From an uncultured virus (IMG/VR IMGVR_UViG_3300025127_000026) (lineage: Duplodnaviria > Heunggongvirae > Uroviricota > Caudoviricetes > Crassvirales): DNA of 64,000 bases. A model generated the notes under the pieces. The model made no database searches. It saw only the letters and a list, made by a program, of their open reading frames with translations, and was not told where the DNA came from. The DNA lies in IMG/VR virus record IMGVR_UViG_3300025127_000026; one strand, given 5' to 3'. The translations under genes were made by a program, and so were the position numbers. This document shows, in pieces, positions 28,301 to 36,839 of this stretch. How positions within the stretch are numbered: the first letter of the stretch is position 1; the number at the start of each line of letters is the position of its first letter.

Positions 28301-29894
28301 CTCTTATGGGAACTTGATCCGATACTCTACTAATTTCTTTTTCAGGTAAAGTTCTAATTGGTTTTTGAGATAAATATCTATACTTTAACACATTGCTATT
28401 CCCAGGAAAACCTGTAGTTTTTGTAGAAAATTTCTGTATTGCTGGAATATCTAAATTATCAATTACTTTTATACTTATTTCATCTGAAAATTTACATACT
28501 ATTTGAACTTCTGATATGTTTAGTGCTGATATAGCGCCCGCCCAAGTAGAACCTGTTGGTGATTTTATATTTAAATTAACACAATCTACTAAATTTTCCC
28601 AAAACTTTAAAATTGACGACTTAGCAGCTACAGATTCGTTGTCATCTACAAAACTTCCAAAATTTTCTGGAATAAAAGCAGCTTGAGTAAAAGGTGCCAT
28701 AAGAGAATATTCATCGTCATCATATTTAAATCTATAACTAAATCTTATAAATTTATCTTTTAAAAATTCTGAGTCACCTGAAAAAGAAGAATCGTAATTA
28801 GGGTTTTTTCTATATATTTTTATTTTATCTTCAACTGACAATGTGGGAGCAGGACTTCCAGTTGTGTCATTTTCAACTATTATATTAAGACCAATTTGAC
28901 TAACTATAGTTAAATCCATATTTTCACTCCACGTTGTATCATTAGCAGTAGATACGTATAAACCTTCTAAAGATCCATTAGCAGGAGGTTGACCTGAATA
29001 ACCTTTTATTTCATATTCTCCAGTTGCTGCGTCTACTATTGTCACTATTTCAGATACATATTCTGTAGCCATATATTTTGTAGAACAATTTTTTAAACCA
29101 AAAGCAGTAAACTTAATTTCTTCTCCTGCTGTTAAGCTAACTGGTTGATTTACGGTAATAAAAGGACTGCCCTGAGGAGGATTAGGGGTTACACCTACAA
29201 CACATATGCCGGTTGTGTTGAAAAAATCTGACTCAAAAGTTACTTGATCACCTATAATTTCGTCATCTATTTTATCAATAAATAATTGCGTAGAGTTAAC
29301 TACGTTAGATGCAAGAGTTCTAGTCTCTTCAGAATAAAATTCTATAGGTTGATAAGGATAATATTTAGCAACCGAAATTTTATCTTCAGTGTCATAATAA
29401 TTTATATTGTTTAATGCAGAATTTATATTTATTTTTCTAGGTTGATTTCTATTATCGGTCCAAAATAATAAATTTTCTATTAAATTAACACCTAATACAG
29501 GATGAGTTTTTGAAAAATTTAAAAAGTTACCTGAAACTAAAATGTTTATATTTTCAGTTTTTAAGTTAAAAACTAATATAGCATTTAAAGCAGAAGGTGG
29601 TGCAAAATTTATTAGTTGATTAGAAGAAGAGTCAGTATAGTTAGTTATAAAAATATACACGTTGTTATTAACGTCATCAGTTGTATAACCTATTACTTCT
29701 AAATTTTCATCTGTTAAATTAAAATCAGTTAATTGTGAGTTACCTAAAATATTTTGAAAAGTACCAACATCATCACCTTCTGATCTGCTTATAGTAACGT
29801 TTTGTCCTACTCTATATTCGCCACTTGGAACCAATCGATCATCAAGATCTTGGTTCATTTTAGCTTTTATAAAATTTTGCTTACTTTCTGGCAT
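25377..29894 (-). CDS. large tail protein
   Basis: N-terminal KMNQDLDDRLVP...LFWTDNRNQPRKINI; located in the structural module. Confidence 0.65.
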   Translation of the reverse strand: MPESKQNFIKAKMNQDLDDRLVPSGEYRVGQNVTISRSEGDDVGTFQNILGNSQLTDFNLTDENLEVIGYTTDDVNNNVYIFITNYTDSSSNQLINFAPPSALNAILVFNLKTENINILVSGNFLNFSKTHPVLGVNLIENLLFWTDNRNQPRKININSALNNINYYDTEDKISVAKYYPYQPIEFYSEETRTLASNVVNSTQLFIDKIDDEIIGDQVTFESDFFNTTGICVVGVTPNPPQGSPFITVNQPVSLTAGEEIKFTAFGLKNCSTKYMATEYVSEIVTIVDAATGEYEIKGYSGQPPANGSLEGLYVSTANDTTWSENMDLTIVSQIGLNIIVENDTTGSPAPTLSVEDKIKIYRKNPNYDSSFSGDSEFLKDKFIRFSYRFKYDDDEYSLMAPFTQAAFIPENFGSFVDDNESVAAKSSILKFWENLVDCVNLNIKSPTGSTWAGAISALNISEVQIVCKFSDEISIKVIDNLDIPAIQKFSTKTTGFPGNSNVLKYRYLSQKPIRTLPEKEISRVSDQVPIRALSQESAGNRIIYGNFYDKHTSPEFLNFKVGTSTKVDNTENRSLYNHSLKQNRTYQIGLVLSDRYGRQSDVILSSVQDSVVIGDKLYGGATTFNPYADDNKFSADDIINWFGDQIILYVDGVIPESIIKKGYPGLYTAENPLGWYSYKVVVKQQEQDYYNVYMPNAYLIDETADQGDLDNQYYNTVDSYFSLVNDNINKIPKDLDQTGTSDMEYRASERVFPRVQPINQIGNNDYTTSKFVETSPKANLIDSIFQNAVYGIDSTSPGDFATVEIPIEDLYKGKTALTAKMQNQSLKPFGTLYSNDTKRKESFSTLGVLETKPTFSNLDIFYESSSAGLVSELNEQVQTGNPGAASITPSTFTLFEDIYVYESGQNPPVSVTGDIVKVIEFKSQVGAVILDPTATCTLSYAWSSVTGNNVNIASKFTIVPQLDNAFQPNGRFLLYANEVFYYGNGQTLNFTLDVDAFNFQSQLSFSGEVSNRPPKMGQGLPYDYNLASFNNAPYSAGCVSRYYNQGLQTRGHISDFNIFENMNIFTTSTSGIATNGDAYSIPPTDMGLICYGGHNQWNGNSGIGADPLYIASTDITSNPAGAITTPFPGGVSGGGAFFAPKADVKTYLFLNKLNGPGASPPGERYLFWNKIIADNGSDVLYPFNSDYIMCPCNYSDMIPLSIGLGVVKATPNNGEQALNYSPYNTLLFSYQFNLSRALRSNGNYTLPNTIFAGAAEERGIGTTQSLLLPTEDFISYINMGNNGDLGWTNGTTIYNNIKDDLNVSINNVELQMAVFSAMNNLVGNSPGYDQFIANCPGQVPNGINSLADVFKPDPQSQNFLDIVKDQFVTPYVSDWLNIVNNQIVFNGDVFWSYYGGIDCGSTEHECQKLDSNAPKATIVPLLGWNKNGDLSNSKYCEDNIREQCDSAGTAINPAFTDSFNSPDLGWNISSQTMGVNIMFDIVLTDASSSGNGATQIYKGAIQVIP

Positions 29895-29896
29895 AG

Positions 29897-31081
29897 TTAA
29901 TGTTTAATCCACTTAGATTTACCTCTCATAACTTGAGTAAAAGTGTCTAGTTTTATATTTGATAATCTTATTTTAGCGTTTCTAGTTTTAGCAAATTTTT
30001 CTTTTTTATAAAATGCTTTTGTACCAGGATCTATATTTCTTCTAGTAGCTATTACATTATACATTATGGACATGTACATTGCTTCTTCAGCTAGTTTAGG
30101 AACACGCATGTCTTTATCTGTACCTAAACCATCAGAAACATATTTTAAAACTATTTGTCTTTCATGCATGTCACTTGAAAAAGAAAAAGTACCTGTTCTT
30201 TCATTTACGCTAAACCATCCATTGTAGTTGCTATATTCTGGAACTAATCCAAATCTTCTACCATATACAAATCTCCACCATACATAATCATATATACCAG
30301 CATATGTATTTAAATCATATTGTCCAGTAATATTTTTATCATTAGCATTTTTCCATGCTTCTTCAATCAAGGATTGTTGAGCTTCATTATTTTCGTGAAA
30401 AGAGTTTTGAGTTGGAATGCCATTGTTATCTTGCAATGGTAACTCTAAAGGATTAGAAGATAATCCTTCTAAAGGATTTATTGTATGTAGAACACCTGAT
30501 TTATCAGCCCAAGCTACTCTTACATAGTTTACGTAATCTTGTGGAATAGGTACTGATAAACTAGGAGGTATAGTTAATTCTTGAGATTTTAAACAAGGTA
30601 AAGTGTCATAAGATAATTCTTGTAAACTGCGCTTAGCGTGAAATAATATTGTGCTTCTTTTAACGTTATTCAAAATTTGATCTTCTCCAGTGTACCCTAC
30701 TATAAAATTATCTACTATATCATTTAAAGATATATAACTATAATCTCCATAGTTTTGATTAATAGCATATTCTTTTAATTGGCATAATATAAAATCACCA
30801 GCATTAACAGGATTTTGTAAACCTACCTCGTTTGTTGAAGGATCTATTATATAGATATCTTCTTCATCTATCATCTGTAAAGTAGTAGCATCAAACAGAT
30901 TAAAATTTGAATGAGATAATATTTGATTACCCGCTTGATTCCAAGCACTAATTAAAGTGGTATTAAATCCATTACCTGTAGCTGAATTACCAAATGTTAA
31001 AGTATTTGTAGGATTAGGTAAAGGACCTAAAACTTTTTGTCCAGAATAATATTCCGCGTTTGATTCTTTTAATAATGACAT
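29897..31081 (-). CDS. structural (tail adaptor/ring) protein
   Basis: IPQDYVNYVRV motif; gene position. Confidence 0.55.
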   Translation of the reverse strand: MSLLKESNAEYYSGQKVLGPLPNPTNTLTFGNSATGNGFNTTLISAWNQAGNQILSHSNFNLFDATTLQMIDEEDIYIIDPSTNEVGLQNPVNAGDFILCQLKEYAINQNYGDYSYISLNDIVDNFIVGYTGEDQILNNVKRSTILFHAKRSLQELSYDTLPCLKSQELTIPPSLSVPIPQDYVNYVRVAWADKSGVLHTINPLEGLSSNPLELPLQDNNGIPTQNSFHENNEAQQSLIEEAWKNANDKNITGQYDLNTYAGIYDYVWWRFVYGRRFGLVPEYSNYNGWFSVNERTGTFSFSSDMHERQIVLKYVSDGLGTDKDMRVPKLAEEAMYMSIMYNVIATRRNIDPGTKAFYKKEKFAKTRNAKIRLSNIKLDTFTQVMRGKSKWIKH

Positions 31082-31082
31082 T

Positions 31083-31832
31083 TTAACTTGCTTCTAATTG
31101 GTCTTGTTGTTGAACAGCGCTAGCGGCAGCTTGTATAATTTGAGGATCTCTTATAATAATTCCTGCGTAAGCTAGTATACGTAATATTACTTCTGTTTGA
31201 TCTATATCAGATATTTCAAAATCTTGAAACCCTGTTGGTGGTATTACACCTGGATCTACTGGATTTGTAGAATTGTTAAATGTGTATTGACCTAAACTTC
31301 CAACTGTGTAAGCCCAAACTACGTTTTTAGGTTTTCTTACATATTCAATTGTATAAACATTATTTATATCTGTTGCGGTGGCTGGAAGTATTTTAACTTC
31401 ATTTCCTACTATATAATATATAGGCCACTGTGAATTTGGCTCAGTTAAAGAAGATCTACGAAGTAAATTAAATTCCTGTTTTGTAGTTTCTTCTATTTCA
31501 ACAGGTAGATAATTATAGTTTATATATCTTAATGCACCTAATCTATGTAGATCTGTAGGTAACGTGCTAACACCTAAGTTGTTTACTGCAATAATGTCTT
31601 CAACTTCAAATGTTGCTATTTTTTCTTGTAGCAATTTAACTCTATTAGCGTATTCACTACTGTTTCCACCAACTCTTAACTGTTGATTAAGGTTTTCAAA
31701 ATAACTTTCAAATACTTCTAATTGTACTTGAGTAGCTATTTGATTAAACTCATAAGGTGTTACATAACCTCTTTGTTCTTTATTTATGATAGTTAGTACA
31801 GTTGTGTATACTTCATTTACGCTTATTGCCAT
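31083..31832 (-). CDS. structural (ring/head-tail adaptor) protein
   Basis: NKEQRGYVTPYEFN, LPTD, YVRKP; gene position. Confidence 0.55.
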   Translation of the reverse strand: MAISVNEVYTTVLTIINKEQRGYVTPYEFNQIATQVQLEVFESYFENLNQQLRVGGNSSEYANRVKLLQEKIATFEVEDIIAVNNLGVSTLPTDLHRLGALRYINYNYLPVEIEETTKQEFNLLRRSSLTEPNSQWPIYYIVGNEVKILPATATDINNVYTIEYVRKPKNVVWAYTVGSLGQYTFNNSTNPVDPGVIPPTGFQDFEISDIDQTEVILRILAYAGIIIRDPQIIQAAASAVQQQDQLEAS

Positions 31833-31847
31833 TTTAATATTTTTTAT

Positions 31848-31873
31848 AAAAAAAAGGCGGCGCTTTGCCGCCT
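31848..31873 (-). terminator. intrinsic terminator
   Basis: Minus strand reads AGGCGGC-AAAGC-GCCGCCT followed by a T run. Confidence 0.75.
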
Positions 31874-31898
31874 AATTATTAGTATTACAGGTTAAAAG

Positions 31899-32648
31899 TC
31901 AATTTAACTTTTTCTCTATAGATTTATAAACCTCAACGCCTTCGTCAGTTTTTAACCATGCAGCAAAAGCTGAATATGGATTTTCTTCAAAAGGAACTTG
32001 CATTAGTTTTTTGCCATTACTCGCCCAACTAAATGTTCTTTGATCTTGTGAAAGTTTTATAACGTTTGCTTCAGTAGCTTTAATTGCAAAATTTCTCAAC
32101 TCTACATTTTCATCATCAGCTAATTCTAAGAATAAATATGGATTTTGCTTTGCAAATATTAGTATATCTCTTTTAAGCTCCTTAGAACTCATAGAATTAA
32201 CACTAGAACCCATTTCTACTCTTAATATAGCTTCAGCATGTTCTAATTCTAGTTCTCTAGCAACAGCTTGAGCTTGGAATTCGACTTCAAGATCTTCTAG
32301 TTCATCTTTAGCTACTTCTATTACGTCTAACTCTTTGTATCTTTTATTTAAGTGAGGATGATAGATAGATAACAACTTTTGAAGATTTTGTTTTTCTTTA
32401 GGAACGTGCAACGTACCGTGTTCAAAAATTATATGTTCTAAAGTTGCCATACCAGCTTGTTCATCGACAAATGGACTTTTTTGATTTGACGCGTATCTAA
32501 GCTCTCTTTGATGACCTTTTTCTGAATCAAAATACATTAAAGGAAATCTTCGAGTATGTTTAGATGCTAACGTATATGTTAGTGGAGATCTGTCTTGAAC
32601 TAAATAATAGTTCCTGTCTTTGACCTCCCAGGTTTTTTCATTTTTCAT
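31899..32648 (-). CDS. hypothetical protein of the head module
   Basis: 249-aa ORF in the operon downstream of the capsid gene. Confidence 0.65.
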   Translation of the reverse strand: MKNEKTWEVKDRNYYLVQDRSPLTYTLASKHTRRFPLMYFDSEKGHQRELRYASNQKSPFVDEQAGMATLEHIIFEHGTLHVPKEKQNLQKLLSIYHPHLNKRYKELDVIEVAKDELEDLEVEFQAQAVARELELEHAEAILRVEMGSSVNSMSSKELKRDILIFAKQNPYLFLELADDENVELRNFAIKATEANVIKLSQDQRTFSWASNGKKLMQVPFEENPYSAFAAWLKTDEGVEVYKSIEKKLN

Positions 32649-32678
32649 AATATATAATAAAATTGTTTTTGTTTTGTT

Positions 32679-33413
32679 TTATGCTTTGTCTCCTTCTCCA
32701 AATGCCTCCATTTGAGTCTCCATGCAAGCCTCTATGCCTTTAGAAGCTTGTGCCCTAGCTTCTGTATCAGAATTAAGTCCTTCTGATTGCTCACCAGCAT
32801 CTAATCCAGCACACCAAAATGAGGTGTATGAAGTACCAGCCCAATTATTTAAACCGGGATAAGAGGGATTAGGTGTTGTTGCAGCTATTGTATCTACACC
32901 GTCAACGTTTAAAACGTATTTAGATGAATTAATAGTATTAGTACTCATTTCATCTGACCAACTTAATTGATAAGTATAATTAACATCTAAATCAACACCT
33001 CTACCTAAAAGTTCATTTAAATTAGATGCTGACTTAGTTATAGATAAACTATATCTATTTAAATTAGCTATTGGAGCTGTATGAGGTTTTTTCTTTAATA
33101 CATTTGCGTATAAAGTGTCCATGCCTGCCGATATTTCTCCAGCAACAAACTCATCAGCTCTTGTTTTTAAATAATCAGGTGAAATTTCATTAATTTGAGC
33201 AAGTAAAAAAGTTACATAAAAAGCTGCATACTTTCCATTTTCCATTTTAACTATATAGCCTGCACCTTCTTCTACTCTGTCTGTATCAAGATAAGCAGGA
33301 GAAAAACTTATAGGTTTACTAGGAAAAGTTATTATCTTAACTTGCTGAGCAACAGAGTCGTCACCAAATTGAGTAAGATAAGGATTTGCTAGTTTTATTT
33401 TTATTTTATCCAT
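32679..33413 (-). CDS. hypothetical, possible capsid accessory protein
   Basis: ORF downstream of the major capsid gene. Confidence 0.5.
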   Translation of the reverse strand: MDKIKIKLANPYLTQFGDDSVAQQVKIITFPSKPISFSPAYLDTDRVEEGAGYIVKMENGKYAAFYVTFLLAQINEISPDYLKTRADEFVAGEISAGMDTLYANVLKKKPHTAPIANLNRYSLSITKSASNLNELLGRGVDLDVNYTYQLSWSDEMSTNTINSSKYVLNVDGVDTIAATTPNPSYPGLNNWAGTSYTSFWCAGLDAGEQSEGLNSDTEARAQASKGIEACMETQMEAFGEGDKA

Positions 33414-33426
33414 AGTTTATAGTATT

Positions 33427-33453
33427 AAAAGTCCCTACCTAAATAGGGACTTT
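33427..33453 (-). terminator. intrinsic terminator
   Basis: AAAGTCCCTA-CCTAAA-TAGGGACTTT hairpin after the capsid gene and its neighbour. Confidence 0.7.
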
Positions 33454-33465
33454 ATTGTTTTTCTA

Positions 33466-34137
33466 TTATTCTCCTCCAGATATAACTACACTGTCAAACA
33501 GGTAGATATGCTTTTTAGTCATTCCTGTAGCTTCAACTGCGTCAGCAATTAAAGAACTTTCTACAAGTGATCCAATACTAGCACAACATCCTGATGCAGA
33601 GTTACAATCACACTGTGATCCAGTTATTGGATCAAAATAATAACCACTAGTAGGGCAATTACTTGTAGCGTCAGAGCAAGCAGTAGCAGCCTCTTCCCCT
33701 CTTGCTTTTGCTTCATCTATTTCGTTGTCTAGAATATCACTAGCTTTATCATTGACAACCCAAGCTAACCATTCGCTATATACAGCAGGTAAATCATTAC
33801 CCATCGCTCCAGCTATGATATCTGCTAAAGGTTCACTTAAGTCAAGATCTCTATAATCCTCATCTGTAAAATTAGCAAAAGTAGGATAACCAAAATCTTT
33901 AGGTGAAGATGCAATACATTTGTAAGCAGCTTCATTTAGCTTATCCCAATTTACTTGAGAGTCTTCAGCAACATACTTCTTAATAGTAATAGTACTAATA
34001 GTAGCTCCAGCTGAGTCTTTTTCAAGTATAACGGTGTTTTCATAATTAGTATTACCGCCTAATTCATAAGTAGAACCTGCGTTTAAACCAATTATTGTTG
34101 GTCCGTTAGAAACCGTATTTATTCTTATTGATGCCAT
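33466..34137 (-). CDS. hypothetical Cys-rich, possible capsid decoration protein
   Basis: Directly downstream of the capsid gene; Cys cluster CSDATSNC...CDCNSASGCC. Confidence 0.5.
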   Translation of the reverse strand: MASIRINTVSNGPTIIGLNAGSTYELGGNTNYENTVILEKDSAGATISTITIKKYVAEDSQVNWDKLNEAAYKCIASSPKDFGYPTFANFTDEDYRDLDLSEPLADIIAGAMGNDLPAVYSEWLAWVVNDKASDILDNEIDEAKARGEEAATACSDATSNCPTSGYYFDPITGSQCDCNSASGCCASIGSLVESSLIADAVEATGMTKKHIYLFDSVVISGGE

Positions 34138-34165
34138 AATTTATATGTTTAAAAAGGTTAATAAA

Positions 34166-35620
34166 TTACGCTACGAATAATACGAAGTTGTTAGCAGCTT
34201 GTACACAAAGACATCTTTCAGACAAGTAATGAACTTCCATAGCATCTAAAGATGATGTATAAGCACCACCTACAGAACCAGTAATCCATGACTTCATTCG
34301 TCTGTCATCAGTCTCAGAAGCTCTATATCTTACATGTAAGAAAGGTCTTCTTATGTTTGATCCTAACATCTGATCGTAAACAGTTGAAGTACCAGCAGGT
34401 ATTAACACACCTTTGATATTATCAACCATCCCTCTAGTTGAAGCGTCATTTAAATATTTCCAGTCAGTTTTGTAAAAGTCATAAGAACCTCTTCTAAAAC
34501 CAGAAAATCCAAAGTTAAGTGCCATTTCAGCTTCGTTATCGAATAAACCATAAGAAGCAGCTTGAGTAGAAGCATAACCTCCACCAGCTTGAGCAGCAAT
34601 CATATCATCAAAATCAAGAGCAGTAGCTCTGTCTAAGAATAACATGTTTTCTTCAATAGCACCTTGTAAATCTAATTGTTGCAATATTTGATCGAAATCA
34701 CCTAAAGCACCAGCACCTGGGTTAGCAGCACCTGCAAAACCAGCGTATACATTACCTCTTTCTTCAAGAGCAGCAAACATACCTTGAGTACCTGACCCAG
34801 AAGTAGCGCCACCTGCAGTTTGAACACCAGAACCAGCAGAAGCAAGTTCACCTTCAACCATTGCCATTTCTAAGTAATCCTCATATCTAAGTCTAGTTTC
34901 AGACTCAGCCTTCATATACCACAAGAATCCAGATGTTCCGTCTTCAGTAGCAACTTCAATCCAACCAATCTGAGCAGTGTCAGATCCATTAACTAAATAC
35001 TTATCTTTAATGATAATAGGTTTGTTAGAGAATTGAGTAAATGAAGGAGTTACAGAACCTTCCATACCTTCTGTACCTTTAGCAAAGTCAGAACCATAAA
35101 CAAATAGTTTAAGGTTAGCATTACCTAAAGCTCCGAAAGTTGCAGCAGTGTAACAAACAGCATCAAAAGTAAACACACCTGGGTTACCTGGATTTGGAGC
35201 AGTAGTAATTAAACCTTTTAGTGTTAATCCAGAAGCTGGATCAAAAACAACTATTGTTTGATTAACTCTTACTACACACTCGTTACCAGCTGGCACGTTA
35301 ACTGTAAAAGTAGCACCGTTTGCAGTGTTAGCTTTGCTAACATCATCATAACCGATGTGTAATCTATTTTGTTCAGACCAAATAACTTGATCCGATGTCA
35401 TTGGCATTTCAGCGCCAACCATTCTTAAAAATCCAGATAACGTTCTGTTACCGAATCTTTCTACTTCCTGCTCATATAATTCAGGTAAGTATTGTTGTGC
35501 AAAGTCAGCGAAATCTGCTCCAGCTTTATCAGTCCATTGTAAATAGTTAGTTGACAATACTGACTGATCTTGCGTAGGAGTTAATCCAGCATTTTGCACT
35601 GTAAAATTTCCTAAAGCCAT
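34166..35620 (-). CDS. major capsid protein
   Basis: 484 aa, follows portal and scaffold; QQYLPELYEQEVERFG, FRRGSYDFYKTDWKYLND, RPFLHVRYR. Confidence 0.8.
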   Translation of the reverse strand: MALGNFTVQNAGLTPTQDQSVLSTNYLQWTDKAGADFADFAQQYLPELYEQEVERFGNRTLSGFLRMVGAEMPMTSDQVIWSEQNRLHIGYDDVSKANTANGATFTVNVPAGNECVVRVNQTIVVFDPASGLTLKGLITTAPNPGNPGVFTFDAVCYTAATFGALGNANLKLFVYGSDFAKGTEGMEGSVTPSFTQFSNKPIIIKDKYLVNGSDTAQIGWIEVATEDGTSGFLWYMKAESETRLRYEDYLEMAMVEGELASAGSGVQTAGGATSGSGTQGMFAALEERGNVYAGFAGAANPGAGALGDFDQILQQLDLQGAIEENMLFLDRATALDFDDMIAAQAGGGYASTQAASYGLFDNEAEMALNFGFSGFRRGSYDFYKTDWKYLNDASTRGMVDNIKGVLIPAGTSTVYDQMLGSNIRRPFLHVRYRASETDDRRMKSWITGSVGGAYTSSLDAMEVHYLSERCLCVQAANNFVLFVA

Positions 35621-35637
35621 AATTTATTGGTTTTAAT

Positions 35638-36822
35638 TTATCGTTTTTTAATTTTTAATTTAGAACTATTAACACCGCTTACCGCTTTTACTTTAAACCC
35701 ATTTAGATAAACTGAATCATCTGGCTGGGAAATTCGCGGCTCTGTACTTATATTTTTAGAATTAGCCGCTACTGTTTTAACAGCGTCAGCTTTTCCTTGT
35801 TCATAAAAGTGCTTAGCAATAGTATCTATGTTTTTTGCAGCGAACAAAGATTTATGATATTTTTGTAAGTCTTTAACTTTACCATCATCATCGAGGAACA
35901 TCCCTAAAAATTTGGTAACATCAGATTGACTTTCTAATAACTCATCAGTGTTATTAACATTATATCTAACCTTTTTATCTCCTAATTCAAAATCAAAACC
36001 TTTGAAGTCTTCCTTAAAGAACTTGTTAGTATTGTTAATAAACTCTTGTCGAGTTTGTTTAACCGTTTCTTGTTCGTTATTGTATCTATTGAAAAAGTCC
36101 ATAGCTTTTTGTTGCTCTGTAGTTACATTTGATCTCAACTTGATTTCATCGTAATATTTAGCTTTTGTTTCGTTTAAAAACTTTTTAGCTTTGGCTACTT
36201 CTTCTTTTATACCAAGCTTACGCTTACGTATAGTCTTTTCATCGTCTTCTTCCTCATCATAAGCAAATTGATCATTTAATAAAAACTCAATTTCTTCTTT
36301 ATCTAAATGAGGTTTAGTCGTTTTATAAAATTCTTTTAATAATGAAACATCATCTATTGTAGAATAATCTGCATTTAATCTAACATAATCTTCTACTGTT
36401 CCACCTGTGTCCTCCATGAAGGAAACTAATTTTTCAATATTTTCTGGTAGTTTTTTACCTAAAACTTTTTCATCTCTAACAGCTTCTTTAAGCTCGGCTT
36501 CAACTTGTTTTGTTTCAGTTTTTACTTCTTGATCTGTTATTTCTTGGATCGGCGACCCACTCTCTTCTTGCTTTTTTTCTTCGGTAGGTTTTTGCACGGA
36601 CGATTCGGATACGCTTTTTTCCACCTCTTGTACATCTCCGGTTTGTTTATTTTCATCCATGTGCACTGCGCTTGACTCTGTAGTGGCATCTTTTTGTTTT
36701 TTGGTTAAATCAACTTTCGGATTTTCACCAGGTTTATTTGTTAATTTTTTAGGTCTACCTGGTTTTTTCTTCATTTTAAACTCACCTTCTTGAGGTATGT
36801 TTTCTTCTTGTTTGTTTTCCAT
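35638..36822 (-). CDS. putative scaffold protein
   Basis: Acidic, low-complexity and helical; lies between portal and capsid genes. Confidence 0.6.
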   Translation of the reverse strand: MENKQEENIPQEGEFKMKKKPGRPKKLTNKPGENPKVDLTKKQKDATTESSAVHMDENKQTGDVQEVEKSVSESSVQKPTEEKKQEESGSPIQEITDQEVKTETKQVEAELKEAVRDEKVLGKKLPENIEKLVSFMEDTGGTVEDYVRLNADYSTIDDVSLLKEFYKTTKPHLDKEEIEFLLNDQFAYDEEEDDEKTIRKRKLGIKEEVAKAKKFLNETKAKYYDEIKLRSNVTTEQQKAMDFFNRYNNEQETVKQTRQEFINNTNKFFKEDFKGFDFELGDKKVRYNVNNTDELLESQSDVTKFLGMFLDDDGKVKDLQKYHKSLFAAKNIDTIAKHFYEQGKADAVKTVAANSKNISTEPRISQPDDSVYLNGFKVKAVSGVNSSKLKIKKR

Positions 36823-36839
36823 GATATGATATTATATAA